Notes: generated from the letters alone by a model not told the origin. Shown: positions 1 through 11,647, counted from the first letter of the stretch. The stretch: DNA of 64,000 nt from an uncultured Methanoregulaceae archaeon (GCA_963705255.1 OY970061.1:2400001-2464000); one strand, 5' to 3'. Program-made: numbers and translations.

Positions 1-2
1 CT

Positions 3-698
3 TTTCTCAGGGAAGTCTACCGCGGTGCGGCGGACCATGGGGCCGTCCTCCTCAGTTTTGCCGACACGGTAGGCTGCCTGATCCCAAGCGAGATGCGAGT
101 TGTGATGGCGGACCTCGTAGCATCGGTCGACCGCCCATTCTGCGCCCACTGTCACAATGACATGGGCTGCGCCGTGGCAAACACGATCACAGCGGCTGAG
201 GCAGGGGCCTTCCAGCTCCACACCACGGTCAACGGGATCGGGGAACGTGCCGGGAACGCATCCCTTGACGAACTGCTGGTCGCGCTGAGGATGAAAGGAG
301 GTGTTGACCGGTATGATCTCTCGCACCTCAAAGACCTCTCCCTCATGGTAGAGAAGTATTCCGGGATAACCCTCCCCCGGAACAAACCTGTAACCGGGGA
401 ACTCGCCTTTTCGCACGAGAGTGGCATCCACATCGCGGCGATCCTCGAAGACCCGCTCGCGTATGAGTACTTCCCGCCCGGGCTTGTTGGCGGAGAACGG
501 CACTTCATTCTCGGCAAGCACACCGGAAAAAAGGCGCTTGAGCATGTGGTGGCTTCCATGGGCTGCGAGCTCTCGGAAACGCAGATCTGCCGTGTTCTCG
601 ACATGGTCAAGAACCATTCGGAACACAAGTGCAACATCACGCCGGATGTGCTGAAAAAACTGATCCGGAAAGCACAACATGAACAGGAGAATGCCTGA
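3..698 (+). CDS. aksA: Homocitrate synthase / 2-isopropylmalate synthase family (5'-partial)
   Basis: Open frame from window start; ADTVG, HCHND.G, NGIGERAGNA and HESGIH motifs; no LeuA regulatory domain; first gene of the aconitase/dehydrogenase operon. Confidence 0.8.
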   Translation, partial: FLREVYRGAADHGAVLLSFADTVGCLIPSEMRVVMADLVASVDRPFCAHCHNDMGCAVANTITAAEAGAFQLHTTVNGIGERAGNASLDELLVALRMKGGVDRYDLSHLKDLSLMVEKYSGITLPRNKPVTGELAFSHESGIHIAAILEDPLAYEYFPPGLVGGERHFILGKHTGKKALEHVVASMGCELSETQICRVLDMVKNHSEHKCNITPDVLKKLIRKAQHEQENA

Positions 699-1910
699 AT
701 GAGTACCCTTTCGGAACGGATCCTTGGTGCATCGGCCGGGGAATATGTGGACCGGAACGTGGACCGGGCCTATGCCCACGATGGTACCGGTGTCCTTGCC
801 CTTGAAGCATGGAAGAACATGAGCGGAAGCCGGCTTGCAAAAGCAACCGAGCTCTATCTGCAGTTCGACCATATTGTCCCGGCAAACAACAGTACCACCG
901 CTACGCTCCAGCACGAGCTCCGTGAATTCGCCCGCAGTTCGTTCATGCACTTCTCCGATATCGGTGGAGGCATCTGCCACCAGCTGATGAGCGAGGGGGT
1001 CGTCCTGCCCGGGGAGATCGTTGTCGGTGCCGACTCGCACAGTGTTACTGTCGGGGCATTCGGCGCATTCGCGACCGGGGTCGGAGGCTACAGATATGGC
1101 AGCGATCTGGCTGACCGGTGAGACGTGGTTCCGGGTCCCGGAATCTGTCGGGATCCACCTCTCGGGCAGGTTTACCGGAGCTGCGGAAGCCAAGGACCTC
1201 GCCCTTACCTATGTCGGAAAGCTCGGAACTGACGGTGCCACGTATCAGGCGCTCGAGTTCGTGGGCGAGGGGATGCGGCACCTCTCTATGGATGAGCGGC
1301 TCGTGCTCTCCAACCTCTCGGTGGAAGCCGGGGCCAAGGCTGGGCTGTGCTATGCGGACGATATCACCGTCCGCTATCTCAGGGAACGGGGGCACGCGGT
1401 GTCAGCCCAGTTTCCTGAACCCTGCACGTACGCACAGGAACTGGAGATCGATCTCTCCGACGTCGTCCCGCTTGTTGCCGTACCCCCCCGTGTGGATATG
1501 GTGCAACCCGTCCACGAGCTCGAAGGGCTCCCGCTCGACCAGGTCTTTGTCGGGACCTGCACGAACGGGAGGTACTCCGACCTTGCCCGGTTCGCCCGGA
1601 TCGTGAAGGGCAGAAAAGTGGCGGTGAGGACCATAGTTATCCCGGCCTCTGCAGAAATTCTCGAGAAGACAATCCGGTCCGGCGTGCTTGCTGATATCAT
1701 CGGCGCAGGCTGCACCATCGGGACTCCCGGCTGCGGCCCCTGCATCGGCTACCATATGGGTGTCCTTGGTGAAGGGGAAGTATGCCTCTCTACGGCGAAC
1801 CGGAATTTCAAGAACCGGATGGGCGTGGGCGGCGAGATCTATCTCTCTTCTGTGGCCACCGCCGCAGCGAGCGCTCTTGAAGGTGAGATAACCGCGCCCG
1901 AGGTGATCTG
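699..1910 (+). CDS. aksD: Homoaconitase / isopropylmalate isomerase large subunit (one frameshift near 1085)
   Basis: DH, GICHQ, GADSH, GTCTNG, PGCGPC and STANRNF motifs split over ORFs 699..1121 and 1021..1911; removing one G restores ATGVGATDMA. Confidence 0.85.
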
Positions 1911-2381
1911 ATGCAGGGTGAAGGGCACGCTGTCTGTCTCCCGGCGGATATCGATACCGATTTGATTATTGCCGGGCGGTACCTGAGGACCAGAGACCGG
2001 AGCCTCTGGGCAGCCCACGTATTCGAGGACCTCGATCCCGCCCTTGCAGCCCGGCTCAAAGGCGCAGTGATCGTTGCCGGCAAGAATTTTGGCTGCGGGT
2101 CGTCGCGTGAGCAGGCCCCGATCGCAATCCGCGAAGCCGGTGTTGCTGCGGTCATTGCCCCCTCATTTGCTCGGATCTTCTTCCGCAACGCGGTCAACAT
2201 CGGGCTGCCGCTCATTGAATCGAATCTGTCCTGTGAAGAAGGGAATTCTGTCAGGTTCAACGTGGCTGAAGGCTGGGTGGAGAGCGGAGGAAAACGGTAC
2301 GGGATCCGTCCCCTCTCACCCCGCATGCGGGAGATTCTTGCTGCAGGAGGACTCGTGGAATACTGGAGAGGACACCAATGA
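1911..2381 (+). CDS. aksE: Homoaconitase small subunit
   Basis: DIDTD, NFGCGSSREQA, FARIFFRNA motifs; YLRT loop is the homoaconitase-type signature. Confidence 0.85.
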   Translation: MQGEGHAVCLPADIDTDLIIAGRYLRTRDRSLWAAHVFEDLDPALAARLKGAVIVAGKNFGCGSSREQAPIAIREAGVAAVIAPSFARIFFRNAVNIGLPLIESNLSCEEGNSVRFNVAEGWVESGGKRYGIRPLSPRMREILAAGGLVEYWRGHQ

Positions 2382-3178
2382 TATTCCCGGAACACTGCAA
2401 ATACGTGGGGATCGCCTCGACAAAACCCTGCGGAGAACGGGTCTATTTCCTGAGCCGGTACCTTCTCCGGGAGACGGATGGCGGGTATGAGTTATCGGAA
2501 GTGACACTCGACCCTGAAGAGAAAGGGATGATGCGGGACATCGTCTCGTCAAAGGTACTTGCCCGGCCCCATGAAGTGTACTGCTATCTGGAAAAAGTGC
2601 AGCTCCACGACCGCACACGGCTTGTCCGGCTGGCCCTTGAATCAGGACGCCGTTGCACGGTATTTACCGGCCTTGACGAGCACCGCACGTTCGTCCTCGA
2701 CCCCGACCTTTCCGGATTTCTGGAGATCCATGTCTATGACGTGACCCCTCCCCGCCCGAGCCTTTCCCTGTGCCTGCAGGAACTGGAATCCGCGGGGCTC
2801 TTCGGTGACCTCTCCGTTGTATTCAGCCACCATGTGCGGGACATCACGGATATCCATGCCGATGTTTACCCGTGCCGGGCAGCAGGATTTGCGAGAACGC
2901 TCGATGCCGATCCGATGTGCGGCGGTGAGCGCGTTGCAGGCTGTCTCACCGGCTCGCAGTTTTATACCGAGTCCTATGGGCACAACTTCAGGCTCGAGAA
3001 CATCTGTCCCCTTGAAAGCGTGAACGAAGAACCTTTCATCGCCAGGTGCTGCCGTGCAGAACGTGAGGGCCCCGGGAGCTGGAACGGGAAGTCAGGATCC
3101 ATTGTTCACTGGGGGGCAAACCCTGCGCAGATCGCCGGTTCGGTCAGGGAACTGGTCAGCCGCTGGAGGGCGAAGTGA
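2378..3178 (+). CDS. Cys-rich hypothetical protein inside the aks operon
   Basis: 266-aa ORF with 4-bp overlaps to both neighbours; YPCRA, GCLTG, ICP and RCCR cysteine motifs. Confidence 0.8.
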   Translation: MIFPEHCKYVGIASTKPCGERVYFLSRYLLRETDGGYELSEVTLDPEEKGMMRDIVSSKVLARPHEVYCYLEKVQLHDRTRLVRLALESGRRCTVFTGLDEHRTFVLDPDLSGFLEIHVYDVTPPRPSLSLCLQELESAGLFGDLSVVFSHHVRDITDIHADVYPCRAAGFARTLDADPMCGGERVAGCLTGSQFYTESYGHNFRLENICPLESVNEEPFIARCCRAEREGPGSWNGKSGSIVHWGANPAQIAGSVRELVSRWRAK

Positions 3179-4143
3179 AAAAAATTGCGGTTGTCGAAGG
3201 AGACGGAATCGGGCACGAAGTGATTCCGGTTGCAAAACGTGTCCTCGAACTCCTGCATCCTGAGTACGAGTATTTTCCGGTTGAGGTTGGCTATGGGAGG
3301 TGGGAGCGAACCGGGTGCCCCTGTACCGATCCTGATATTGCGGAACTGAAGACCGCTGATGCAATACTTTTTGGGGCTGTCACCACTCCTCCTATGAAGG
3401 ACTACCAGAGTGTTGTCCTGCGAATCAGGAAAGCGCTCGATCTCTATGCGAACCTGCGCCCGGTGAAGGATGGCGGGTTCGATATCATGATCGTACGGGA
3501 AAATACCGAAGGGCTCTACTCCGGCATCGAGGAGTCCGGTCCTGACCGGGCGACGACGCTCCGGGTCGTGACCCGGAAAGGGTCTGAACGGATCGCGAAA
3601 ACCGCAGTCCGGCTTGCACGGGAGCGGGGGGGCAGGCTGACGGTCGCGCACAAGGCAAATGTGCTCAAGTCCGATGTCTTCTTCCGGGATATCTGCCTTG
3701 CAGAGGCAAAGGCTGTCGGAATACCCTGTAATGACAAATTCATTGATGCCCTGTCGCTCGACATCCTCCAGCATCCGGAGTCGTATGACGTGGTCGTGAC
3801 CACCAATGTTTTCGGGGACATCCTGTCCGACGTGGCTTCGTACCTTGTCGGCGGGCTGGGATTCGTGCCCAGTGCCAATATCGGCGACCGCTACGCCCTT
3901 TTTGAGCCGGTGCACGGGAGTGCGCCCGATATTGCCGGGAAAAATATCGCGAACCCAATTGCTGCAATCCGGAGTGTGGCACTGCTGCTTGCATATCTGG
4001 GGGACAAGGGTGGTGCAGAGCGGACGGAATCTGCCATCAGGGAAGTGGTTGCCCAAAGGATTCGCACCCGGGACCTTGGCGGATCAGCCGGGACCCGCGA
4101 GTTCGGTGATGCGGTCATCCGTGCGCTCAGACACGGGCAATGA
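3175..4143 (+). CDS. aksF: Homoisocitrate / isopropylmalate dehydrogenase
   Basis: EGDGIGHEV, LYANLRP, RENTEGLY, HKANVL, NVFGDILSD, EPVHGSAPDIAG motifs. Confidence 0.88.
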   Translation: MKKIAVVEGDGIGHEVIPVAKRVLELLHPEYEYFPVEVGYGRWERTGCPCTDPDIAELKTADAILFGAVTTPPMKDYQSVVLRIRKALDLYANLRPVKDGGFDIMIVRENTEGLYSGIEESGPDRATTLRVVTRKGSERIAKTAVRLARERGGRLTVAHKANVLKSDVFFRDICLAEAKAVGIPCNDKFIDALSLDILQHPESYDVVVTTNVFGDILSDVASYLVGGLGFVPSANIGDRYALFEPVHGSAPDIAGKNIANPIAAIRSVALLLAYLGDKGGAERTESAIREVVAQRIRTRDLGGSAGTREFGDAVIRALRHGQ

Positions 4144-4218
4144 CCAGAAACGTTTGCAGAAAAAAGTGGAGGCGGATATGTGCCGTCTGTGACGGGATAA
4201 CCCGTTTCCTATTGAGGT

Positions 4219-4773
4219 TTATAAAAGCGGAGCATGGTCATCAACCTCTTCGTGCACCCGTGACCCAGGTACATCTGTCAGCACCTGCTTTATCTCAAGG
4301 GAAAACGGTGTCAGGACCGTGTCTACCGTTTCACCCGATTTAACAGCGAGCTGGTAATCGACATGGTAGCTGGCGTTTTCCGGTATCCCGACCGTAAACG
4401 GGAAGAGGAGCAGATGGTGACTGGATCTCCGTATCCGGGTCAGGGTGATTGACATGATGTTTTCATACAAAATTTCCCGGGCAGCCTTCACATCTGCAAG
4501 GATCTCGGCCGGGTCACTCATCATATACTGGTCTGCCAGCGTCCACGATGAACCGACTTCTCCTGAACCTGAAATGCAGAACGGCCACCAATTATTGCGT
4601 TTCTGTTTTGGGCGATCCTGCATGGTGGATTCAGGAAGAGGGGAGATGATGAGCCGTACGTTCGTAAGGATCAGCATGCAGTCCCGGTTTTTCTTTCCTG
4701 CACCGGTTAGTTTCCGGCACGGGGCTACGTGAAGGACACGATCCTTTATCCCGGGACCTTTCAATTCATCCAC
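4219..4773 (-). CDS. Hypothetical protein
   Basis: 184-aa ORF in the gap between recognised genes; no family motif recognised. Confidence 0.5.
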   Translation of the reverse strand: MDELKGPGIKDRVLHVAPCRKLTGAGKKNRDCMLILTNVRLIISPLPESTMQDRPKQKRNNWWPFCISGSGEVGSSWTLADQYMMSDPAEILADVKAAREILYENIMSITLTRIRRSSHHLLLFPFTVGIPENASYHVDYQLAVKSGETVDTVLTPFSLEIKQVLTDVPGSRVHEEVDDHAPLL

Positions 4774-5277
4774 GATACTAGTGGATAGTTACTCTCCATA
4801 AATAACGTTTTTCTGCAGTTATGGTCTCCTTTTGCATTCAGACGCATCTTCAGGGTCCGGGCATCCGAAGGACAAGAACCCCACCATCTTTTACCGGATA
4901 CCTGGTACCAAAACATTTCCATCAGATCCGGAAACCGACTGCAGAATGCCTGTTTATCTGAACCCCTGCTCTGGCTGCCAGCACCCGGTCCGGACAGATC
5001 CGAAAGAGAAGGAAATTCCTGTTTTGGCTCTGGCATTGTCCGCCCATTATTCTCATCACCCCTATCTCGTTCACGGGAATCCGGCAAAAGACGCATGTAT
5101 CCGGTATCTTCCCGTATCACAGATAGAATAATTTCTGAACCGCAAGGTTTGTGACGGGGGGCCGGCTGGGAACGGCGGAATATTTCCGTTAACTATTCAA
5201 GATCTACGGGCAGATTCAGCTTGTTCAGGAGCGTGTTTATTCATCGAACCGGTCATACTGGGGACAGCCGCGATGGT

Positions 5278-5816
5278 GTGCCCGTCCTCATTTTCTTTGC
5301 ACGTGTAGCCGAGGCGAGCCTAGAGTCGCTCAGGACGATCTATATCAGCAAAGGGCATGCGAACCTTGCAGCCTACGTCGGGATCGTCAAACCGGCATCT
5401 GGCTGATATCAACCGGTCTCGTGCTGACCGATCTTACTGATTTCTGGAACCTGTTTGCCTATCTCGCCGGTTATGGTATCGGGACAGTGCTCGGTATGCA
5501 GATTGAGAATATCATATCCATCGGGTACGTGATCGTACGGCTCATAACTCCCGACGACCCGCAGCCGCTCATCGCCCAGCTTTCCACGCTCGGCTATGGG
5601 ATGAAGAGGATCGAAGGTTCGGGCAGTTTCTCCCATACGGTGAATATCATCTTTATGATCGTCCCCCGCACCGAGCTGGCCCGCCTGCTCGGTATCATCT
5701 CCCGGGACTACCCGGATCTCCTGTACACTATTGAAGACGTACGGAACATCAAGGACGGGGCACGAATTTTCTACAAGGACCCGAAACGGCGGGTCCTAAG
5801 CTTCTTTGGGTTATAA
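5278..5816 (+). CDS. DUF2179/DUF5698-type membrane protein (frameshift near 5390; start approximate)
   Basis: LIFFARV..SL..LRTIYISKG and AYLAGYGIGT.LG motifs followed by a PII-like C-terminus, in two frames. Confidence 0.7.
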
Positions 5817-5878
5817 CTTCCCCTCTCCTTCGTTTTTAGCTCTATCCAAAGGTCTATTTCCCTTCCCTCCCATCCATC

Positions 5879-6364
5879 ATGCAGGAAGTCCCTATGAACA
5901 CCGGAACTGGCAGGAAAACCGGGGACCGTATCCCCATCTATAATGCCCGAACAGGAAACGTGGACCAGGTCACTCCTGTCATCCGCACAGATGCAGAATG
6001 GCAGGCGCTCCTCACGCCGGAGCAGTATCAGGTTGCGAGAAAACAGGGTACGGAATACGCGTTCACCGGCAGGTTCCACAACTGGAAGGAACACGGGATC
6101 TATGCCTGCGTCTGCTGCGGTACCGACCTCTTTTTATCGGACACCAAGTTCGATTCCGGGACCGGTTGGCCCAGTTTTTACGCGCCGGTCTCCGGGATCA
6201 ATGTCCTCACCCGGACCGATACCTCGCTGGGCACGCCCCGGACCGAAGTCCTCTGTGCACGGTGCGGTGCCCACCTCGGTCATGTCTTCGATGACGGGCC
6301 TCCCCCAACCTGGAAGCGGTACTGCATGAACTCGGCGGCTCTCGATTTTGTAAAGACGCCGTGA
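5879..6364 (+). CDS. msrB: Peptide methionine-(R)-sulfoxide reductase
   Basis: GTE.AF, CxxC, KFDSGTGWPSF, CxxC, HLGHVFDDGP, RYCMNS motifs. Confidence 0.95.
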   Translation: MQEVPMNTGTGRKTGDRIPIYNARTGNVDQVTPVIRTDAEWQALLTPEQYQVARKQGTEYAFTGRFHNWKEHGIYACVCCGTDLFLSDTKFDSGTGWPSFYAPVSGINVLTRTDTSLGTPRTEVLCARCGAHLGHVFDDGPPPTWKRYCMNSAALDFVKTP

Positions 6365-6701
6365 GCCGGGCGGACACATTCCTGCGTATCGGGTATCCCT
6401 TCATCAGCCGCTCGATCGGCTTCCCGCTATCCCACATGTTCAGACTTGCTCCTACCGCCCTGTCCGCGGATCGGTTCGACCCACCACTTACGTATTCCGT
6501 CTGTATGCTGTTGACATGGAAGTATCGGAGCCGATGGACGGGCACACTCCTCTCAAAGGTCGAATGTATCACTACGTTCGGGAGATATTTTTTCTTTTTG
6601 CCAAGAGTGAAAGGTACCTCGCCTCATATATTGTATGGTGAACAGTCTGTTGCAGGACAAAATCCGTAATGCTAATAATGATGACCTCCCCAACAATCCG
6701 C

Positions 6702-7427
6702 ATGAAGAAGTCTTATTCCGTTGGACTCGCAGTTATTGCACTTGTCCTGCTGGCGACATTCATCGCAGTTCCGGTATCAGCAGATGTTACCGTCAATGCA
6801 AGCACGGCAACGAACACCGCCGTGCAACCCTCAGTCTCTGCAACGGTCTCATCCGCAATCCCGACAGTCGGGACACCGGTAACCATCAGTGGTGTGGCAA
6901 CCGGTGGCAACCTGTCTGCCGGGATTCAGATCTGGGTCTTTGCCGGCAATTATGTAAATGTCTCTATCGTGCCGGTCAAACCCGATGGAACATTCTCCAA
7001 TACGTACCCGACAACCGGGTTCCCTCCCGCCACGTATTATGTATTTGTCCAGAGCCCGGGAAATGACGGGGTGTTCAATATGGACCTGCAATCATCAGGA
7101 GTTTATTCGGGTGATGTGGTAAATACCCAGACCGGGGCACTCCTCTTCAACTTCACCGGCGCCGGGAGCGTCCAGGACGCAGCTGCTTCCAAAGCGCTCT
7201 CGGACGCAATCAACCAGCAGTCATTCGATGATGTGTACACGAAGCTCACATTTCAGCTCGTTGCCGCAGGAACGACGCCCACAGAGATGATACCTGCCTC
7301 GTCGATCAGTACGACTGTAACCCAGACCCAGCTGCCTGCTACCACCCAGTCCCCTCTTTCGACAGCGACAATCCTTGCGGGGCTCTGTGTTGCCGGACTC
7401 GCGGTTACATGGTTCGTTCGCCGGTAA
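6702..7427 (+). CDS. Secreted/surface protein with Thr-rich linker and C-terminal membrane anchor
   Basis: Signal peptide ending VSA; C-terminal TQSP + hydrophobic helix + RR. Confidence 0.8.
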   Translation: MKKSYSVGLAVIALVLLATFIAVPVSADVTVNASTATNTAVQPSVSATVSSAIPTVGTPVTISGVATGGNLSAGIQIWVFAGNYVNVSIVPVKPDGTFSNTYPTTGFPPATYYVFVQSPGNDGVFNMDLQSSGVYSGDVVNTQTGALLFNFTGAGSVQDAAASKALSDAINQQSFDDVYTKLTFQLVAAGTTPTEMIPASSISTTVTQTQLPATTQSPLSTATILAGLCVAGLAVTWFVRR

Positions 7428-7513
7428 ACTATCTTTCCGTTTTTTTTCTCCTCTCGAGCGATAGTTTTTATTGACTGTCTCTCAAAGGTGAATTAAGCGG
7501 AAGGGAGATCTCT

Positions 7514-8473
7514 ATGAAAATCCTGCATCTTATCATCGTTCTTGCGATAATTTTTATTCTGGCAGGCGTGCCGTTGGCGTCCGCGGATGAATCCGCAGCA
7601 GGGAACCAGGGATGGTATGTCATCCATTGCAATGTGTATGGGGCGGACATTTATTTCGATGACAAATACGTCGGGAGATTCCAGGCAGGAACCATGACCG
7701 TTCCGGCATCCACCACCGGGACCCCGTACAAGACAATCAGGATACAGAGATATGGATATATGACCTACACCAGTTCCCTAACGCTCGTTCCGGGGACCGA
7801 CCAGACCGTTGACCTGAACGTAACCCTCAATCCGATCAGCAGCGTCACCCCCACGCAGACCACGGCTGGCAGTGATACTGGCTGGTACGTGGTCCACAGC
7901 AACGTTGAAGGGGCTACGGTTCTTTTCGATGGGGTGAATATGGGAATAATTTCAGGGGGGAATTTAACAGTGCCGGTCTATTCTACCGGGACCATTTATC
8001 AGTCTTATACGGTTCAGAAAGACGGATACACCACGTATTCCGGGAAGATTGCCAGTGTACCGCAGAAAGGGGAAACAGTTGATCTCTACTCCACCTTGAC
8101 CCTGGTGGCTGCCGTATCAACAACTCCCTCGGGAGCCCTCGGAGCTGTGGGTTGGTTTGTGGTCCACAGTAATATTGACGGTGCAAGCGTCTCGCTGGAT
8201 AACGATCCCAAAGGGGTGATAACGAATGGCAATCTCCTGATACGGGTCTCTGCGACCGGAACACCCTATAAAACCTTCACAGTATATAAGAGCGGGTATA
8301 TCCCATTCACCAGTATCATTGATACGTATCCTGCGCAAAACAGGACTGTTGACCTCTATGCAACCCTCAACCCGCAGACAGCGACGACCCCGAAATCTAC
8401 TCTCCCTCCGGTGATCCCCCTCATTTCCCTGATATCCGGTGGAATTGCCGCAGCAGTACTTTCACGAAAATAA
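7514..8473 (+). CDS. PEGA-repeat surface protein
   Basis: Three GWY/FVVHSNV.GA...D...G repeats; signal peptide; C-terminal anchor. Confidence 0.85.
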   Translation: MKILHLIIVLAIIFILAGVPLASADESAAGNQGWYVIHCNVYGADIYFDDKYVGRFQAGTMTVPASTTGTPYKTIRIQRYGYMTYTSSLTLVPGTDQTVDLNVTLNPISSVTPTQTTAGSDTGWYVVHSNVEGATVLFDGVNMGIISGGNLTVPVYSTGTIYQSYTVQKDGYTTYSGKIASVPQKGETVDLYSTLTLVAAVSTTPSGALGAVGWFVVHSNIDGASVSLDNDPKGVITNGNLLIRVSATGTPYKTFTVYKSGYIPFTSIIDTYPAQNRTVDLYATLNPQTATTPKSTLPPVIPLISLISGGIAAAVLSRK

Positions 8474-8769
8474 TTTTTTCTTGCTTTACTATAGTCATTA
8501 CGCTTCGTAACCGGTTTTTTCAGCGTCCGCCAGCAGGTGACAATACCGAGGATGAACATCGCCCCGGCGAAGATCATCTGGAGATTGTGCTGGTATGCCA
8601 GATCTCTTTTTCACCAATAATCCGGTGATGCCGGTCTGCCACTATTGTTCCGGATGACCCGCATTTTCTTCCAGCTCCCGCACCGTTCCCTCCCGCAAGG
8701 ATTTATCATGTTCATGGTTGTTCATTATTGCAGACATTCTGCGATGATGCCGGAAGGAGAAAAGAGAGC

Positions 8770-9831
8770 ATGATTGCACTCCGTTTTTACCGGATTTATG
8801 ATATCGGAAGGGAGATCGACCTCAACTGGCTGGAGCAGGCTCTCGCCAAGAACTATTTCACCGCACGGACGAGCTTTGTCCGTGTCAAGCCGAAATCGAT
8901 TATGATCGAGGAGCCCCCGCTCATGATCCAGATGAACCCGATCCGGGTCGAACGGGACGGGCGGCAGTTTGAGTTTTCCGTTGCTGCAAGGGTGTACGAT
9001 ATCGGGGTTATCAGTTTTTGTTTCATTTACGAGAACCCGATTGCGAATCTCGCCGCGCTTGAAGAACTGGCGTTCCTGTTTGCCGGCCAGGAAGGGCTTA
9101 CGGACTTCTATGTCCAGTACCTCAAGACTCTCGGGGAGATCATACGTCCCCACATCAGGAACTTTGCAATCAACCCGGACTTCTACGAAGATTACACCAT
9201 CTATGTGACCGACCGCCGGGACGATTCCATCGATCCGGTCGCCCTCCTGATAGGAGAAAAGACCAGTATCTCCTCCCAGATGCGCGAGGAGATCATCAAG
9301 AACTCCCTCAGCTATACGACCGATGACCTGGCGATCCTTTCATGGGATACAGCACTCCTGTGCAACCCTGAGAGCCCGACCGACCTCATCGACCTCATCG
9401 AATTTGCCAATGTCCAGGTCCTGGAACTCAGGTACTATGACCGGGAACTGACGCGGGAGATGGAGAAGATGTACGATGACATCGAGCATGCCGATCAGAT
9501 GGCCCCCTTCCGGAGGGGGCGGCAGTACCATGCAATCATGTCAAAGCTCATGGAGACCTCAGCAGAAATTTCCGAGATCATCGAAAAAGTCGACAACCTG
9601 ATCAAGGTCACGGAAGATGTCTATTACGCCCGGGTATACGCGACAGCTCTCAAGGTGCTCAGGAGCAGCCAGTGGAGCGAGAGCGTGAGCCGGAAGATCG
9701 AGGTGATCCAGGAGAACTACTCGATGCTCTCGGACGAGGTACGGATCCAGCACTCCAACTTCCTCGAATGGGTCATCATCATCCTCATCGCCCTCGAATT
9801 CGTGCTCGCTATCTGGCAGAGCATACGGTAG
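8770..9831 (+). CDS. RMD1/DUF155-like protein
   Basis: Helical ORF ending LEWVIIILIALE, typical of this family. Confidence 0.65.
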   Translation: MIALRFYRIYDIGREIDLNWLEQALAKNYFTARTSFVRVKPKSIMIEEPPLMIQMNPIRVERDGRQFEFSVAARVYDIGVISFCFIYENPIANLAALEELAFLFAGQEGLTDFYVQYLKTLGEIIRPHIRNFAINPDFYEDYTIYVTDRRDDSIDPVALLIGEKTSISSQMREEIIKNSLSYTTDDLAILSWDTALLCNPESPTDLIDLIEFANVQVLELRYYDRELTREMEKMYDDIEHADQMAPFRRGRQYHAIMSKLMETSAEISEIIEKVDNLIKVTEDVYYARVYATALKVLRSSQWSESVSRKIEVIQENYSMLSDEVRIQHSNFLEWVIIILIALEFVLAIWQSIR

Positions 9832-9842
9832 CGGGGGGTATC

Positions 9843-10325
9843 CTGACCTTCGAATGTTTCCAGTGCGGGGACTGCTGCAGCCACCTCGGCTGGGTCCATA
9901 TCATAAAGGAAGATTACGGGGAGTACCGTTTCCTGATCCGCAATACGTATACCGGCGAGGAGACCCCGGTAACTGTCGACCCTGACAAGAGGGAACTCTT
10001 TGATGACATGAGTATTTTTGAAAAGCTCCCACACACCTGCCCGTTCTTCCGCCATCGCCCCGGGAGCGAGAAGGCGTACTGTACCGTTCACCTGACACGG
10101 CCGGAAATCTGCCGCGACTATGGCTGCTGGAGGCTCCTGATCCTCGACCACCGGGGCAGGCGGGCGGGAAGGGTCAAGTATATCCGCACTCTCTGTTCCG
10201 AAGATACCCTCCTCAACCGGCTGTGGGAGAGCTGCATCGAAAATCACCGGGAACCGGATGATAAAAAATGGGAGGACGAGATGATCCGGATCCTCCGGCG
10301 GGCCGGGTACAGCGTCCGGAAATAA
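9843..10325 (+). CDS. YkgJ-family (CxxCxxCC) cysteine-cluster protein (start approximate)
   Basis: FECFQCGDCC, CPF, CTVH..RPEICRDY motifs. Confidence 0.8.
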   Translation: MTFECFQCGDCCSHLGWVHIIKEDYGEYRFLIRNTYTGEETPVTVDPDKRELFDDMSIFEKLPHTCPFFRHRPGSEKAYCTVHLTRPEICRDYGCWRLLILDHRGRRAGRVKYIRTLCSEDTLLNRLWESCIENHREPDDKKWEDEMIRILRRAGYSVRK

Positions 10326-10469
10326 GGGAGCACCACGATGGAACCGGGACCGGATGCCCAGATAATCGTGTATGAGCACTGTTCGAACCAGCTTCCCGGG
10401 TAAACCTGTTCACTTTCTCCCCGCGCACCTCCCCATTAAAAAGTCCCGTGTCCGTATCCTCACGCAGGA

Positions 10470-11646
10470 ATGATCGGTAAAGGTGCATATCTCAGGCAAC
10501 TGACGGCAGCGACCATGCCGATGAAGTCCGTTGCTGTGGGAAAGGAGCTGGAGGGAAGTTCTCCCCCGTCCGTTTTTGTCGGAAGCTGGAACTACCCGGA
10601 TGTGTATGCCGGACCCATGGTGACGCCCGTGCACGGGGACACAGCCGTCATGGATATGCCCGAGTCATGGATTCCGGCAAACAGGACGCAGGAAGAGATC
10701 ATCGGGTACCGCCTCAACCTCGTCCGGGGAAAACAGCGGGTGCATGCCAGCGATCTCACGAACCGGTTTGTGGAGAAACTGCAGGAGATCTCCCTTTCGG
10801 CATCGTCCATAGAGAGCGAAGTCTCCTTCACGGATACGCCGACTGGGCAGTCGTTTTCCGAGGAGCATACCCCGTTCGGGCCCAGCGCCCCTGTGGAACG
10901 TTTTGAGATCCAGGGCGGGAAATGGGACCGGGACCTCGAAAAGGTTTTTTATGATACCGACCTGAGAGCTGCTGATGCTGTCATCGACCTGCACCGGAAT
11001 GGTCTGCCGTTTTCAAGTATCCAGAAAGCTTTTTCCGTCGGCACGATGGGGCAGGAACGGGGGCGGCACCTGGTCCCCACCCGCTGGTCGATAACTGCGT
11101 GCGATACCCTAATCGGTGATCGGCTCCTTTTCCAGGTGAAAAAAAACCCGGTAATCGACAGACTGGCGGGTTCACGAGTTCTCTAGCCTGCACAACAACT
11201 ATGCGGTCATCCTCATGCCGACCGGCTGGCAGTACGAATGGTCGGAAGCGTTTCTCCGAGTACTGGGGAATGAGGAACTGGTATTTTCGGATCATGAAGG
11301 AAACAGGAAAAAAACCGAGTACTCATCCCTTGGCGGGTGCTACTATTCCTGCAAGATGGCAGTACTGGAAGCCCTTGCCCGGGAAGGGAAACAGGCCGGT
11401 GCGATAATTCTCCGGGAAGCGCTGAAGGGATATGTCCCAATGGGCGTATTCAACGTCAGGGAAAACGTGAGGAATGCGATGCAGCAGCCGGCATCCGAGT
11501 TCGAAGACATAAGGGCCGCACTCTCGCACATTTCGGAAAAGTTCATCCTTCCGGTCCAACGATTCATCGATGAAGGAGAGCTTCTCAGTATGATGATCCG
11601 GGAACGGCAGTGCACCCTGAAAGAGTTCACGCAGTCAGTGAATTGA
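10470..11646 (+). CDS. nreA: Nre-family DNA repair protein (frameshift near 11160)
   Basis: [40 protein letters not shown] motifs; C-terminal PIP box QCTLKEF. Confidence 0.85.
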
Positions 11647-11647
11647 C

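Noticed and set aside
699-4143. leuCDB assignment
   Set aside because: YLRT loop and a synthase without regulatory domain favour aks; not fully excluded
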